Of a stretch of 64,000 bases of DNA, positions 1-11,114 are shown piece after piece. Made by a program: the position numbers and the translations under genes. The stretch's first letter is position 1; each line of letters opens with the position of its first letter. Below the pieces are notes generated by a model, which saw only the letters and a list, made by a program, of their open reading frames with translations, was not told the origin of the DNA and did no database searches. This DNA is from an uncultured delta proteobacterium (GTDB taxonomy: Bacteria; Myxococcota; Myxococcia; Myxococcales; Anaeromyxobacteraceae), in NCBI GenBank assembly GCA_963845515.1, contig CAWJSR010000012.1, positions 1-64,000 of the forward strand. Reading direction: 5' to 3'.

Positions 1-1157
1 GCTGCACCTGAGTTGTTGAGTCCATTACCGTACTCGTGAGGTTCGCACCGCTCAGGAGTGCATCGTCCAGTTTGGCCGTGATCAGGCTCGCGGAGTGAAG
101 GTTCGCACCGCTCAGGTTGGCTCCGCTCATGTCCGACGAATCTAGACGGGCTCCGCTAAGGTCTGCATTCGAAAGATCGGCACCGGCCAGGTTGGCCCAC
201 GTCAGGTCGGCTCCCTTCGGATTCTGCCCCATGAGTTCGGCGCCGCTCAAGTCACTGCCGACGAGGTCGATCGCACGCGAGTCACGCCCCGCCGTCGGGT
301 TTGTCATGATGTCCCAGACCAGACGCCACTTGTCGGGAATCCGGGTTTCCTGGTCTATCCTTGTCGCCCGCAGGGTGGCCCGCCTAAGCTGGACGCCCTC
401 CAGAATGGCAGCGGACAAGTTCGCCCCGCCTAGATCCGCGCCAGTCAGGTCTGCAGCCGTGAGGTCGGCCCCTGCCAGGTTGGCGGCGTTCAGCCTGGCA
501 ATCCGATAGGTTGGCGTTGGCAAGCAGGGCACCGCCAAATCCGCGCCACTGCAGATGGCCTGATGCAGGTTGGCGCCACGGAGGTCGGCGCCGCGGAGGT
601 CGGCGTCGTCGAGCCGGGCATGGCTCAGATCGGCCCCGGACAGGTCAACCGCCAGCCAGAGCGGCGCCACGCAGGTCGGCTTGCACTCAGCGGGCGTCCC
701 GTCTCCGTCAGTGGCCAATTCCCAGGCCAGCCGCCACTTTGGAGCTATCTGAGTGCCACGGCTCAGGCGGGCGCCGCGCAGGTTCGCCCTTGTCAGCTGC
801 GCTTCACCCAGTCGAGCGCCGCGCAAGTTCGCGCCGCTCAGGTCTGCCCCGGTCAGATCCGCCGTCCCCATATTGGCCCTGGACAGATTGGCATGCTGCA
901 GATTCGCCCCCTGCAACTTGGCTCCGCGCAGGTCACTCCGTCGCAGGTCAGCGTGCTGCAGGGCATCCGGCTCCGCCGCGTTGGTCCCAGTGCAGTGCCA
1001 GGTCGAGAAGCGCTGCCCGCCGGAGGCGGCCTTCACGCCGACGTTGGAACCAGTCAGCGGTCAGTCTTCCAAGGATAACCGTGACAACGGCGCCGATCAG
1101 CCCACCAAGAACGCTGGCCGCAATGGCGACAGTCCATAAGGTCCACTGTGGTGACAT
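1..1157 (-). CDS. Membrane-anchored pentapeptide-repeat protein; frameshifted, runs off the window start
   Basis: N-terminus MSPQWTLWTVAIAASVLGGLIGAVVTVILG is a hydrophobic helix followed by RRREGR. After a frameshift come A(D/N)Lxx repeats (ADLRRSDLRGAKLQGANLQHANLSRANM), with TQIAPKWRLAWEL near 735 and TRIPDKWRLVWDI near 327. Confidence 0.8.
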
Positions 1158-1349
1158 CTCAGGGCACTCCCTTGTTCCACTCGCCGTGTCGACTACCGAT
1201 CTCAATCGGATTTGGTCGTATTCATGTGCAAAATGCGCCCGATCGCCTCAGGGTAGCGCTCTCGGAGTATACCATCAAGCCAGGGAAAAAGCAAACATGC
1301 TGTCGTGGCCCCGTTCATCTTCTCCCGGCGTATCGGAGCAGGCCAAGAT

Positions 1350-1377
1350 TTGTAATTCTGACCAACCTGGATTACAA
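1350..1377. promoter_or_regulatory. Imperfect inverted repeat, candidate operator between the divergent pentapeptide genes
   Basis: TTGTAATTCTG-ACCAAC-CTGGATTACAA in an AT-rich intergenic patch; another TGTAAT at 1398-1403. Confidence 0.4.
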
Positions 1378-1492
1378 TAAAGGATAAGCAAACACCCTGT
1401 AATCGGCGGGCACAGGCGTCCCTATCCAGTTGCTGGGCGCTAGCGGGGGCCAGCCCGGGTCGAATCACCCCGAGCTGAAAGGAGCCGGCAAG

Positions 1493-4400
1493 ATGCAGTT
1501 CTCGACGAATGAGCTCTATTTGCTGATCAATTCGTCAAGGCCGCTTTGGTTGGCCAAATGCGATTTGCGCGAAGCCTATCTGGCAGAGGCGGATCTCCGG
1601 GGCGCCAACTTTCGCGCTGCGGACTTGCGCGCAGCCGATCTCACCGAAGCGGACCTCACCGGGGCCAGTCTGCAGGGGGCGAATCTGACTGGCACCCGCC
1701 TGTCCCGGACCAACTTCGAGGGGGCTCGGTTGGCGGGTGCGGACCTGCGCGAGGCTGATCTGCGGGGCGCGATCCTGAGGGGCGTCAATGCCAAGGGGGC
1801 CGATCTGCGCGGCGCCAACCTCGAGGGTGCAGATCTTGCCGGAGTGGACTTGGCCGGGGCGCAGCTCGGAAAGGCGAACTTGCGGACTGCCAACCTGATC
1901 AGGGGATCATCTGGCCACGGCCAACCTGTCGGGCGCGGATCTGGAGGGAGCGGACCTGCGACAGGCGGACCTGAGCTGGAAGCGAACTGGTGGCGACCGT
2001 ACTGACGGCGGCCAATCTCAGCGGCTCCAGCTCTGGCGCAAGCAAACCTGAGCAATGCGACGCTGGATGCGGCCAACCTGAGCGGGGCCAACCTCGAGGG
2101 AGCCATACTCGAGGGCGCGACGCTCACGGCGGCCAACTTGAGCAAGGCCAACTTATCGGGCGCCTCGCTTGCCGGCGCAGTCCTGACTGCAGCCAACCTG
2201 GGTGGCGCCACTCTGGACCAGGCGACCCTCACCAAAGCCAACCTGGACAAAGGCGGATTTGCAGGGCGCAGCAATGCAATCGGCTAACCTTGAGGGGGCC
2301 ACCTTGAACGAGGCCCGCCTCCAGGGAGCGAACCTGCAGCAGGCCAACCTGAAAGGGGTCAGCCTGGTCGGTGCGTCTCTTCAGGATGCTATCCTGAAGG
2401 AGGCCAATCTCCACGGCGCGGACCTGCAGGGCGCGAACCTCGAGGGAGCCGACCTGCGAGGCGCGGACTTGAGTGAGACCCAGTTGCGTGAGGCGTTGCT
2501 GCTCAGGCACCGACTTGCGCGGATGCGGACTTGAGGCGTTCCAACCTGAGCAATGTGATCCTGGACCAGCGGACGCAGCTCGATGCCAAATGGCACCTGG
2601 TCTGGGAGATCCTTACGCAGGGCGGCGCAAATCGGAATCTGGAACAGGCAGACCTTAATGGGGCGGACCTGCGAGGTGCCCACCTCGAGGGTGCCAACCT
2701 GCGCGGGGCCAATCTGTCGGCGGCCGACCTTCGCTGGAGCGATCTCCAGAAGGCGGATCTGTTCCAGGCAGACCTGACGGGGGCCAATCTGGAGTCGGCC
2801 AATCTGGAGGCGGTTGATTTGAAGGGGGCCGACTTACGAGGTGCCAGCCTCGATGAACGGACGCAAGTCGATCCAAAGTGGCGCCTGGTGTGGGATCTTG
2901 TGACCAACGGTGGGGTCCGTCGTAACCTCGTGGAGGCCGATCTGGCCGGCGGTAACCTCAGTCGGGCTGACCTGAGTGGCTGCCGATCTGCGCGGATCCG
3001 ATCTGCGTGGGGCGAACCTGAACGCGGCGAACCTGAGTGAAGCCGACCTCGGGCAGGCCGATCTCGAAGGAGCCGATCTGCGCGGAGCCAGTCTGCGCGG
3101 GGCGAATCTGAAGCGTGCAGGCCTGCACAAGACCAATCTATGGACGAGCAGACGCAGATCGATATGAAGTGGCGGCTTGCGTGGGACATTCTCACCAAGG
3201 GTGGAGCCAACCGGAATCTTGCCCGGGCCGATCTCAGCAGCGCGAACTTGGGTCGAGCCGATCTGAGTGGGGCCGATTTGCACGGGACCGATTTGCGTTG
3301 GAGCGACCTCTACTGGGCGAATCTGCAGGGTGCCAACCTGGTGGGGGCCGACCTGAGCGGTGCCGACCTGCGAGGGGCGGATTTGCGCCATGCGGATGTA
3401 CGGGGCACAAACCTAAACCAGGCTACGGTGGACAAGGACACACAGATCGATCCCAAGTGGCGGTTGGTCTGGGATATCGCCACCCAGGGTGGTGTAGAGC
3501 GCAACCTGGCCGGGGCCGATCTCGGTGAGGTCGATCTGCGCGGGGCCGACCTGCGCCGGGCGAACCTACGCGGTGCGAACTTGACCGACGCCAAGCTGGA
3601 GGGTACGGACCTTGAGGGTGCGGACTCGGTGGGGCAAGGCTTGCCAGGGCCAGCCTGGACGCACTCACCAAGATCGATCCCAAATGGCGGCTTGTCTGGG
3701 ACATTGTCACCCAAGGGGGCGCCAACCGGAATCTGGCCAAGGCCGATCTGAGGGACGCGAACCTGAGTTCTGCGAGCCTGGAGGGGGCCAATCTGGAGGA
3801 GGCCGACCTGCGGGGAGCCAGTTTGCTGGAGACGGACCTGCGCCGAGCCAACCTGCGTCGCACTCAAGTGGACGATGCTACCCAGATGGACAAAAAGTGG
3901 CGACTGGTGTGGGAGCTTGTCACCCGTGGTGGAGCTGAACGCAACCTGGAGATGGTCGACCTGACCGACGCCGATCTCGGGGGCGGCGGACTTTCGAGCC
4001 GCCAATCTGAGTGGTACTCGGCTCGACGGCTCGAATCTTCAGGGCGCCGATCTGAGGTGGGCTAACCTGCGGAACGCCAGTCTGAACGACGCCACCCAGA
4101 TCCACGCCAAATGGCGGCTGGTTTGGGACGTTGTCACCCATGGAGGGGCGGACCTCACCCTCGAAAAGCTGGACCTGAGCGAGGCCAATCTGTCCGATGC
4201 TCTGCTCCAGGGTGCTCGACTGGAGGGAGTGGACCTGCACGAAAGTGACCTGCAGCGAGCCAACCTCTCCCGGGCGGATATTAGCGAGTCCAACCTGGAA
4301 GGAACTCGACTCGCGGGGGCCGACCTCCGAGAGTGCGATCTGACCGGCGCCCGCCTGGAAGGGGCCGACCTCTCTGGTGCGGACCTGCGAGGCGCGGACC

Positions 4401-5245
4401 TTCGCCGTGCCGACCTGAGCAGTGCGAATCTGAGTGGCGCCAGGCTGGAGGCAGCCAACCTGGATGGTGCGAACCTCCGGCGGGCCTCTGTTGAAAGAGG
4501 CAACCCTCGACGAGCGGACGCAGATCGATCCCAAGTGGCGGTTGGTTTGGGACATCTTTGCCCAGGGTGGCGTGGGGCGCAACCTGGAAGAGGCGGACCT
4601 GGGCTGGACTGATCTTCGAGGTGTGAACCTGAAGGCGGCGCAGTTGGGTGCTGCGGACCTGCGCTGCAGCCTGCTGTGTGAGACGGACCTGACCGGTGCC
4701 AACTTGCAGGGCGCCAAGCTGGAGGGGGCCGATCTTACGCGGCACCAATCTGCGCCGGGCCGATCTGCGCAGAGCCAATCTGTACAAGGCCACCCTGGAC
4801 GATTCGACCGAGATCGAGGACAAGTGGCGGCTGGTCTGGGACATCACGACGCAGGGCGGGGCACGGCGCGATCTGCGCGGCGCTCGATCTCAGCGAGTCG
4901 GACCTGAGTGAGACGGATCTGACGGGCGCGGACCTGAAGGATGCCGACCTGCACGACGCCAACCTCTATTGGACGGACCTGCACGATGCCAGCCTGGTGG
5001 GAGCGAACCTGGAAGGGGCTGACCTGAGTGAGGCCAACCTGGAACGAGCGGACCTGCGCACGGCCAACCTGGTCGAGGCGAACTTGGAAAAGGCTGACCT
5101 GACGGGGGCGGATTTGAGCGGAGCCAACCTGTGGAAGGCCAATCTCCACGCGGCCAACGTCGAGGGGGCCAAGTGGAATGAAACCGTCATGCCCGACGGG
5201 AAGAAAAAGAGCCCCCTCACCAGGCCGAAAAAGTTCGCCGAATAA
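1493..5245 (+). CDS. Giant pentapeptide-repeat protein (about 1250 aa), split by multiple indels
   Basis: AAAGGAG RBS then ATG at 1493 (MQFSTNELYLL). Continuous A(D/N)Lxx repeats run across shifting frames, with nine KW(R/H)LxW modules and a C-cap WNETVMPDG. Stop TAA ends at 5245. Confidence 0.85.
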
Positions 5246-5267
5246 GTGCTCGCCCGATCTCAAGCGT

Positions 5268-5308
5268 CAGCCGACCCAGCTCTCCAGTCCTTGGAGATTG
5301 GTCGGCTG
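5268..5308 (+). terminator. Stem-loop downstream of the giant pentapeptide gene
   Basis: CAGCCGACC..TCTCCA-GTCCT-TGGAGA..GGTCGGCTG hairpin about 22 nt after the stop; only a weak U-tract. Confidence 0.45.
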
Positions 5309-5372
5309 TCTGTGCCATCGTCCTGGTCGTGGAGCCGGGCTCACGGAGGCCGGCGGAGGCTGAGCCAAGTTC

Positions 5373-8300
5373 ATGAGCCTTGATCTCGACCTTCAAGGTC
5401 CGCACAGAAGGCACGGTGAGCAGGCCGACCATGTTCTGCTCGAAAACCCCACCGACATTGTTGTGATCCTGGATGCTGGCGGCATCCTGCTTGGCGCCAG
5501 CCAGCCATTTGCTGATGCGGTAGGAATACGCCGTGAGGAGGTGATCGGCCGGCTGGTCTGGGATCTGTTCTCCCCTGGAGTTACGTCGTTTCGACGAGAG
5601 CATTTCGACCAGGTCGTCCTCACGGGCCAGGCGGTGCGCATGGAGGAGGTACGAACTGGCCGCTGGTACGATACGTGGGCTTATCCCATTTTCACCAACG
5701 AGGGGCGGGTCGTGCGGGTTGCAGTGGTGGCTCGTGACATCACCGAGCAAAAGCACCTGGAGCAGGCGCTGCGGGAGCGCGAGGGGCGATTCCGCACGTT
5801 TTTCCACGACTCGCCGGTTCCGCTTTGGGACGAAGGACTCTGTCCGAGGTCAAGGGCGAGCTCGATAGACTGCGCGCGGCAGGGGTCAGTGACTTCCATG
5901 CTTACTTCGAGGCACATGCGGATGCCGCTGCCGATTTGAGGCGGAGAATCCGCCGCATCGATATGAACCGGGCGGCTCTGGCGCTCTACAAGCTCGGCAG
6001 CAAAGAGGAGGCGCTGTCGCTTGTCGACCGCCCCATGGATCCGCTCCACTTGGACGGCTGGCGGAAAGAGCTGGTCGCGATTGCCGGGGGCGCGACTTCA
6101 TTCGAATTGGACACGATACGCCGGACAAGCGAGGGCGTGCCACTGAATATCCGCCTGAAGTGGACGGCGGCCCCAGGTTGTGAAGACACGCTGTCGAGGA
6201 TTCTGGTTTCCGTCGCGGATATCACCGAACGGGTGCGGATGGAGGAGGAGCTGCGCCGTTCGTGGCAACGAGCAGCGCGCGGTCGGCAACTGCTGCTGGC
6301 CCTCAGCCACGCTGCCCTGGAGGCGCAGTGTGCGCACAGCGTCGTCGGGACCTATCGCGCCCTCGGCCGACAGATGACGGACCTTGGGCTGAACGCCGTG
6401 GTCCTCGGGGTCACCGACGACGGCGAGCATCTCGTCATCCGGTACAGCAACCATGAGCTGGCCGTGTTGCAGGCGGCCGATGCCATCCTCGGCGCACCAG
6501 TGCTGCAGTATCAGCTTCACTTTGAAGCCAGGGGGTGTCATCGACCGGCTGCTCCATCAGGGCGGTGCCGAGCTCCTGGCGGAGCCCGTGCGCGCCGTGG
6601 CGGAAATGCTGCCGGAAGCACTGCGTCCGCGGGCCGCGCAGCTGGCGGCTCTGGTCGGGGCCGATCATGCGCTCTGTGCGCCCCTGGGGTCTGGTGAAGG
6701 TGCACAGGGCCTGCTGGCAGTCATCGGCAGCGAGTTGACCGAAGCGGATAGCCAGGCCGTCAGTGCCTTCGCCAACCAAACGGCAATCTCGCTGAGCAAT
6801 GCACGCCTCTTCCAGGAAGCGCAGAACTGGGCGGTCGAACTTGAGCAGCGTGTGGAGGAGCGATCCGCGCAGGTGACTGCCTCCGAGGCCAGATATCGGG
6901 CTGTGTTTGAAAGCAGCTCCGACGCGCTGCTCGTGTTGGACAGGCAGGGCCGCTACATCGACGCCAACCCGGCTGCCAGTCGGCTGCTGGGCTACAGCCA
7001 CGAGGAACTGCTGTCCATGGACGTGATGCAGATGGCGCCATGGGCGCAGGGCGTCTCGCGCGGATGAGGCAAGGAGGAGCTGCTGCGCGAACGGTGGGAC
7101 TCGTGGCACCACGACGCGTCTTTGCGGCCCGGGGAGTGGCTAACCAAATCCGGGGAGCATGTGGCCGTTCAGGTCCGCGCGTCGCCGTTGATTTATGCCG
7201 GGCAGGAAGCCGTGCTGGCCACGGCGCGCGACGTGACGGAGGTGGCGCGCGCTGCAGGCCGCGCTGCGGCCGCTCTCAGGAGGAGACCCAGCGCAGCCAG
7301 CGTCTGTTGCTCGCGCTGAGCCAGGCAGGTCAGGCCGTGCAGCGGGCACGCACCGAACAAGAGGTGCTGGGCACCATTGGGGACGAGATCGAGAAACTGG
7401 GCTACCATGCCCTGGTCATGTCTCCGAGCGAGGACGAGTCCCACCTGGTTGTGGAAAACGTGACCTGGAAGCCGAGCGTCATGAATCTAGTCGAGAGGCT
7501 CTTAGGCCGCAGCCCGTTGGGCGTGCGCATCCCGCTTGCAGCCGACGGCCTGTTCAGACGGGTTCTGCAATCGGGAGAGAGCGCCTTCTGCGAGAGCAGC
7601 TTGGACTTGAGCATGCGCGGCTTTCCTGCGCTGGGGCGCGCTCAGCTCGAACGTGCGATTGCGCGTGGTCGGCGCTGAACGTTCGATCTTTGCGCGGATG
7701 GCGGCTGGCGGTAGGACCACGGGCATGCTCGGTATCTTTGGCACAGATCTCACGCAGGCCGACATTTCGGCCGTCACCGCCTTTGCCAACCAGACAGCCG
7801 TGGCCCTGGAGAATGCTCGACTTGGTGGAGAAGCTGACCACCGGCCGGGAGCAGATGCAGACTCTGGCCGGCCAGGTTGTCTCAGCTCAGGAGGACGAGC
7901 GCCGTCGTCTTTCACGGGCGCTGCACGACGAAGCGGGCCAGTCATTGACCGCTTTGACAATTAGTTTGGAGTTGATCGGCCAGGATCTTCCGGCCGAGCA
8001 GGCAGCGCTACGCACCCGGATCCACGATGCCGTCGTGCTTTCGCGACAGACCCTGGATCGGATCCGCAACCTGGCTCAGGACCTACGGCCGCCGGCCCTG
8101 GATGCGGTAGGTCTGAACTATACCCTGCAAGGGCTGTGCCACGATTTTGGAGCTCGCACCCGTCTGGCGATCGACTACCATGGCCATGATCTGCCCACGC
8201 TTCCGGACCCGGTGACCATTGCCTTGTACCGTTTCCTCCAGGAGTCGCTGACGAATGTCGTTCGCCATGCCAATGCCCATCATGTCCGAGTGGAGCTCTA

Positions 8301-8554
8301 TCACGACGCCGAAACGCTGCGCCTGATGATCCAGGACGACGGCCGAGGCTTTGATCCCAAGGCTGGGCTCGAAGCCCGAGGGACGCCCGCGCGGCCTGGG
8401 TTTAGTGGGGATGCAGGAACGCCTGCATTTGCTTGGGGGCTGGCTGGAGATAGAGTCGCAGCCGGGCAAGGGCACCTCGTTGGTTGCCCATATTCCCATA
8501 ATGGAGGGGTGGGACGAGGACGATGCGCGCGATTCGAGTGATTCTGGCGGATGA
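5373..8554 (+). CDS. Cytoplasmic sensor histidine kinase, PAS-PAS-GAF-PAS-GAF-HisKA_3-HATPase; frameshifted
   Basis: PAS ends VARDITEQK, VADITERV and ARDVTE. Two GAF ends AFANQTAISLSNARL and AFANQTAVALENARL. H-box ERRRLSRALHDEAGQSL, plus QESLTNVVRHA, IQDDGRGF and GLGLVGMQER. Confidence 0.85.
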
Positions 8555-9212
8555 CCATAGTTTGGTGCGCCACGGAATTCGCGCCTTGCTGGAAAAGGCG
8601 GCGGATATCGAGGTGGTGGCTGAGGCTGGGGATGGCAAGGAAGCCCTGGAACTGACGCGCCAGCACGCGCCTGACGTGCTCCTGGTGGACATTGCGATGC
8701 CGCGCATGGACGGACTGCAGGCCATTCAGCAGGTCCGGGCTCTCAAGAATGCGACCCGTGTGGTTGTCCTGTCGATGTACTCCGATCCCAATCTGGTGCG
8801 CAAGGCCCTGCAGATAGGCGCGGCCGGCTACCTGCTCAAGTCCTCGGTACCGGACGAGTTGCTGCTGGCCGTCCGCGCCGTGTTTCGGGGGGACCTGTAC
8901 CTCAGTCCTCCAGTTGCCCAGCCCATCGTGCACGCCTATCTGCAGGCCGCTGATGAAGCGACCCCGGAGAGCCCGTGGGGACAGCTCACTCCTCGCGAGC
9001 GTGAGGTGCTCCAGCTTGTGGCGCAGGGGCAGACAAACACAGCCATTGCCGATAAACTGGGTGTGAGCGTCAAAACCATCGAAAAACACCGGTCCAACCT
9101 CATGCTCAAGTTGGAGGTCCACAGCCTGGCCGAACTGGTGGCGATTGCCGCGCGCCAGCGCCTGGTGTTTGACGACACAAGCCCCTTCCCTGGGGAGATT
9201 AGCACCAGTTGA
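8523..9212 (+). CDS. NarL/FixJ-family response regulator (REC + LuxR HTH)
   Basis: VILADDH, LLVDIAMP, GYLLK; LTPREREVLQLVAQGQTNTAIADKLGVSVKTIEKHRSNLMLKL. Confidence 0.95.
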   Translation: MRAIRVILADDHSLVRHGIRALLEKAADIEVVAEAGDGKEALELTRQHAPDVLLVDIAMPRMDGLQAIQQVRALKNATRVVVLSMYSDPNLVRKALQIGAAGYLLKSSVPDELLLAVRAVFRGDLYLSPPVAQPIVHAYLQAADEATPESPWGQLTPREREVLQLVAQGQTNTAIADKLGVSVKTIEKHRSNLMLKLEVHSLAELVAIAARQRLVFDDTSPFPGEISTS

Positions 9213-9237
9213 CAGGCATCTGTCTTTATGGTATAAG
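9209..9237 (+). promoter_or_regulatory. Sigma-70-type promoter for the secreted beta-helix gene
   Basis: TTGACA-N17-TATAAG with extended TG; AGGAGG RBS before ATG at 9293. Confidence 0.65.
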
Positions 9238-9292
9238 TGCGCTGTCATTCTCCCCAGGGCCATTCCTGGCGGTGGGACAGCAAGGAGGTTCG

Positions 9293-11110
9293 ATGAAGGG
9301 CTACATGAGGGCAACGGTGCTCTGGTTGGCATTGCTCGTACTCGGGCTGCTGGCCGGTCTGATTGTCTCTGTGCCGCAGGTTGCGGCGCTGGAGGAGATG
9401 GCCGCACCAAGTACGGTGTACGTGGATGATAGCTACAACGCCACTGCTTGCACGACAGATGGGCACACTTGGCAAGTGGACTGCTTTAACGCCATCCAGG
9501 ACGGCGTGGACGCGGTGGCAATCGGGGGCACGGTGGTCGTTGGGGATGGTACCTACGCTGAGCAGTTGGTCGTTGCCCAGAACGGGGTCACCTTGAAGGC
9601 GCTGGTGGGCGATGCCGCTCAACTTGTGACCACCAGCGATGACAACGATGTCCTCATTGAGGTCAAAGCTTCTGGCGTAACCGTAGAAAACCTGGCCCTC
9701 GAGTCTCCCGATCGCCATGTACGATGGACGGGTGTGGCCGTCCACGGGCAGAATGCCACCCTGAAGGGGCTCCGCATAAACGCCACATGCCAGGGGTGGC
9801 CGAGCTACGGCGTTTTTGCCTACAATGACGGTTCTGGCAATGCGAGCGGGCTCCAGGTGCTGGATAGTTCCCTGGGGTGTGGCGAGGAGGGCATCCGCCT
9901 CAGCTCGGGCACCGACCCTCAGAATGATGTTGTCATCCGCGGCAACAAGATCTTCTGGTGGGTCGCGGGCATCCATGGCGCCGATTCTCCGCTGGCCAAC
10001 CTGCTGGTCGAGCAAAATCATCTCGTAGGCTGGCCAGACTACTCTGAGCTTGCCATCGCGCTGTCGTCAGAGAACCATGCCAACTCCGGGCGAATCGTGA
10101 ACAACCTGATCTACGACTGGCGGGCCGGTCCCTATACCATCAGCGTGGGCTCTTCAACTGCCACATCCCAGATCGACATAATCAACAACACCATCGTGGA
10201 TAACGGTCAGCAAGCCCCTGGAGAAAACGGGGCACAGGGAGCCATCCTGATCCGCGGTTGCCAGTTCACGGGCAAGATTCGGAACAACATTATTGTCAAC
10301 AACCGCAACTATGGGCTGTACGGCAATTTCCAGGCCAACGGCAGTTCCTGTGACGCGTCACCGTCGGTGGATCCTCGATCGGCGTATGGCTATCAGCTGG
10401 GCTTTGTATTGAACTACAACGATCTGTTTGACAATGCGGCCGGCAACTACAGCGGCGTGAAGCCGGGCTCCGCCGAGATCAGCGCCGATCCGGCTTTCGT
10501 TGACAGTCCTGCCAACAACTTTCGCCTCCAAGGCATCAGCCCCTGCATCGATACCGGCACCAACGGCGGCGCCCCGAAGGTCGACCTGGAGAACCTGAGC
10601 AGGCCGGTAGACGGGGATGGTAATCTGGTGGCAGACACTGACATGGGCGCGTACGAACACTCCACTCCGGTCCGGACGCTGGAGGTCATCAAGGCCCTGG
10701 AGCCGAGTACCGATCCGGGCCGTTTCAACCTGCAAATCGATGGCTTCACCGAATCTTTCGACGCCGCGGATGGGGGTTCTACGGGCCGCAAACAGGTCTC
10801 GGTGGGCACGCATACGGTCTCTGAGACGTCCGGAGCGGGAACGGTTCTGACGGACTATGTCAGCCGGATCGAGTGTCGCGACAAGGGCGGGCAGGGCACG
10901 CTGGTAGCCAGCAGCGATAGCGTCGGCCCCCTTGAGGTTGTGGTCGGTGCGGAGGACTATGTCGTCTGTACGATTCTCGAACGCGCGCAAGACCGGCTGG
11001 TCGAAGGTACTGAAAGACCTGCAGCCGAGCGCCGACCCCGGCCGGTTTGACCTCCAGATTGATAGCGTAACCAAAAAGTCCGCAGCCGGCGACGGCGATA
11101 GCACCGGCAC
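9293..11110 (+). CDS. Secreted parallel beta-helix protein with a choice-of-anchor-Q-like region and repeated Ig/prealbumin-like domains; truncated at the junction
   Basis: Signal peptide MKGYMRATVLWLALLVLGLLAGL; TVYVDD..IQDGVDAV..GDGTY; NNTIVDN/NNIIVNN; FRLQGISPCIDTG..DGDG..DMGAYE; repeat DPGRFNLQID / DPGRFDLQID. Confidence 0.75.
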
Positions 11111-11114
11111 ACCA

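Noticed and set aside
1900..4900. Programmed frameshifting or phase variation in the giant pentapeptide gene
   Set aside because: Shifts are scattered, not at consistent slippery or long homopolymer sites, and are equally common in neighbouring unrelated genes.
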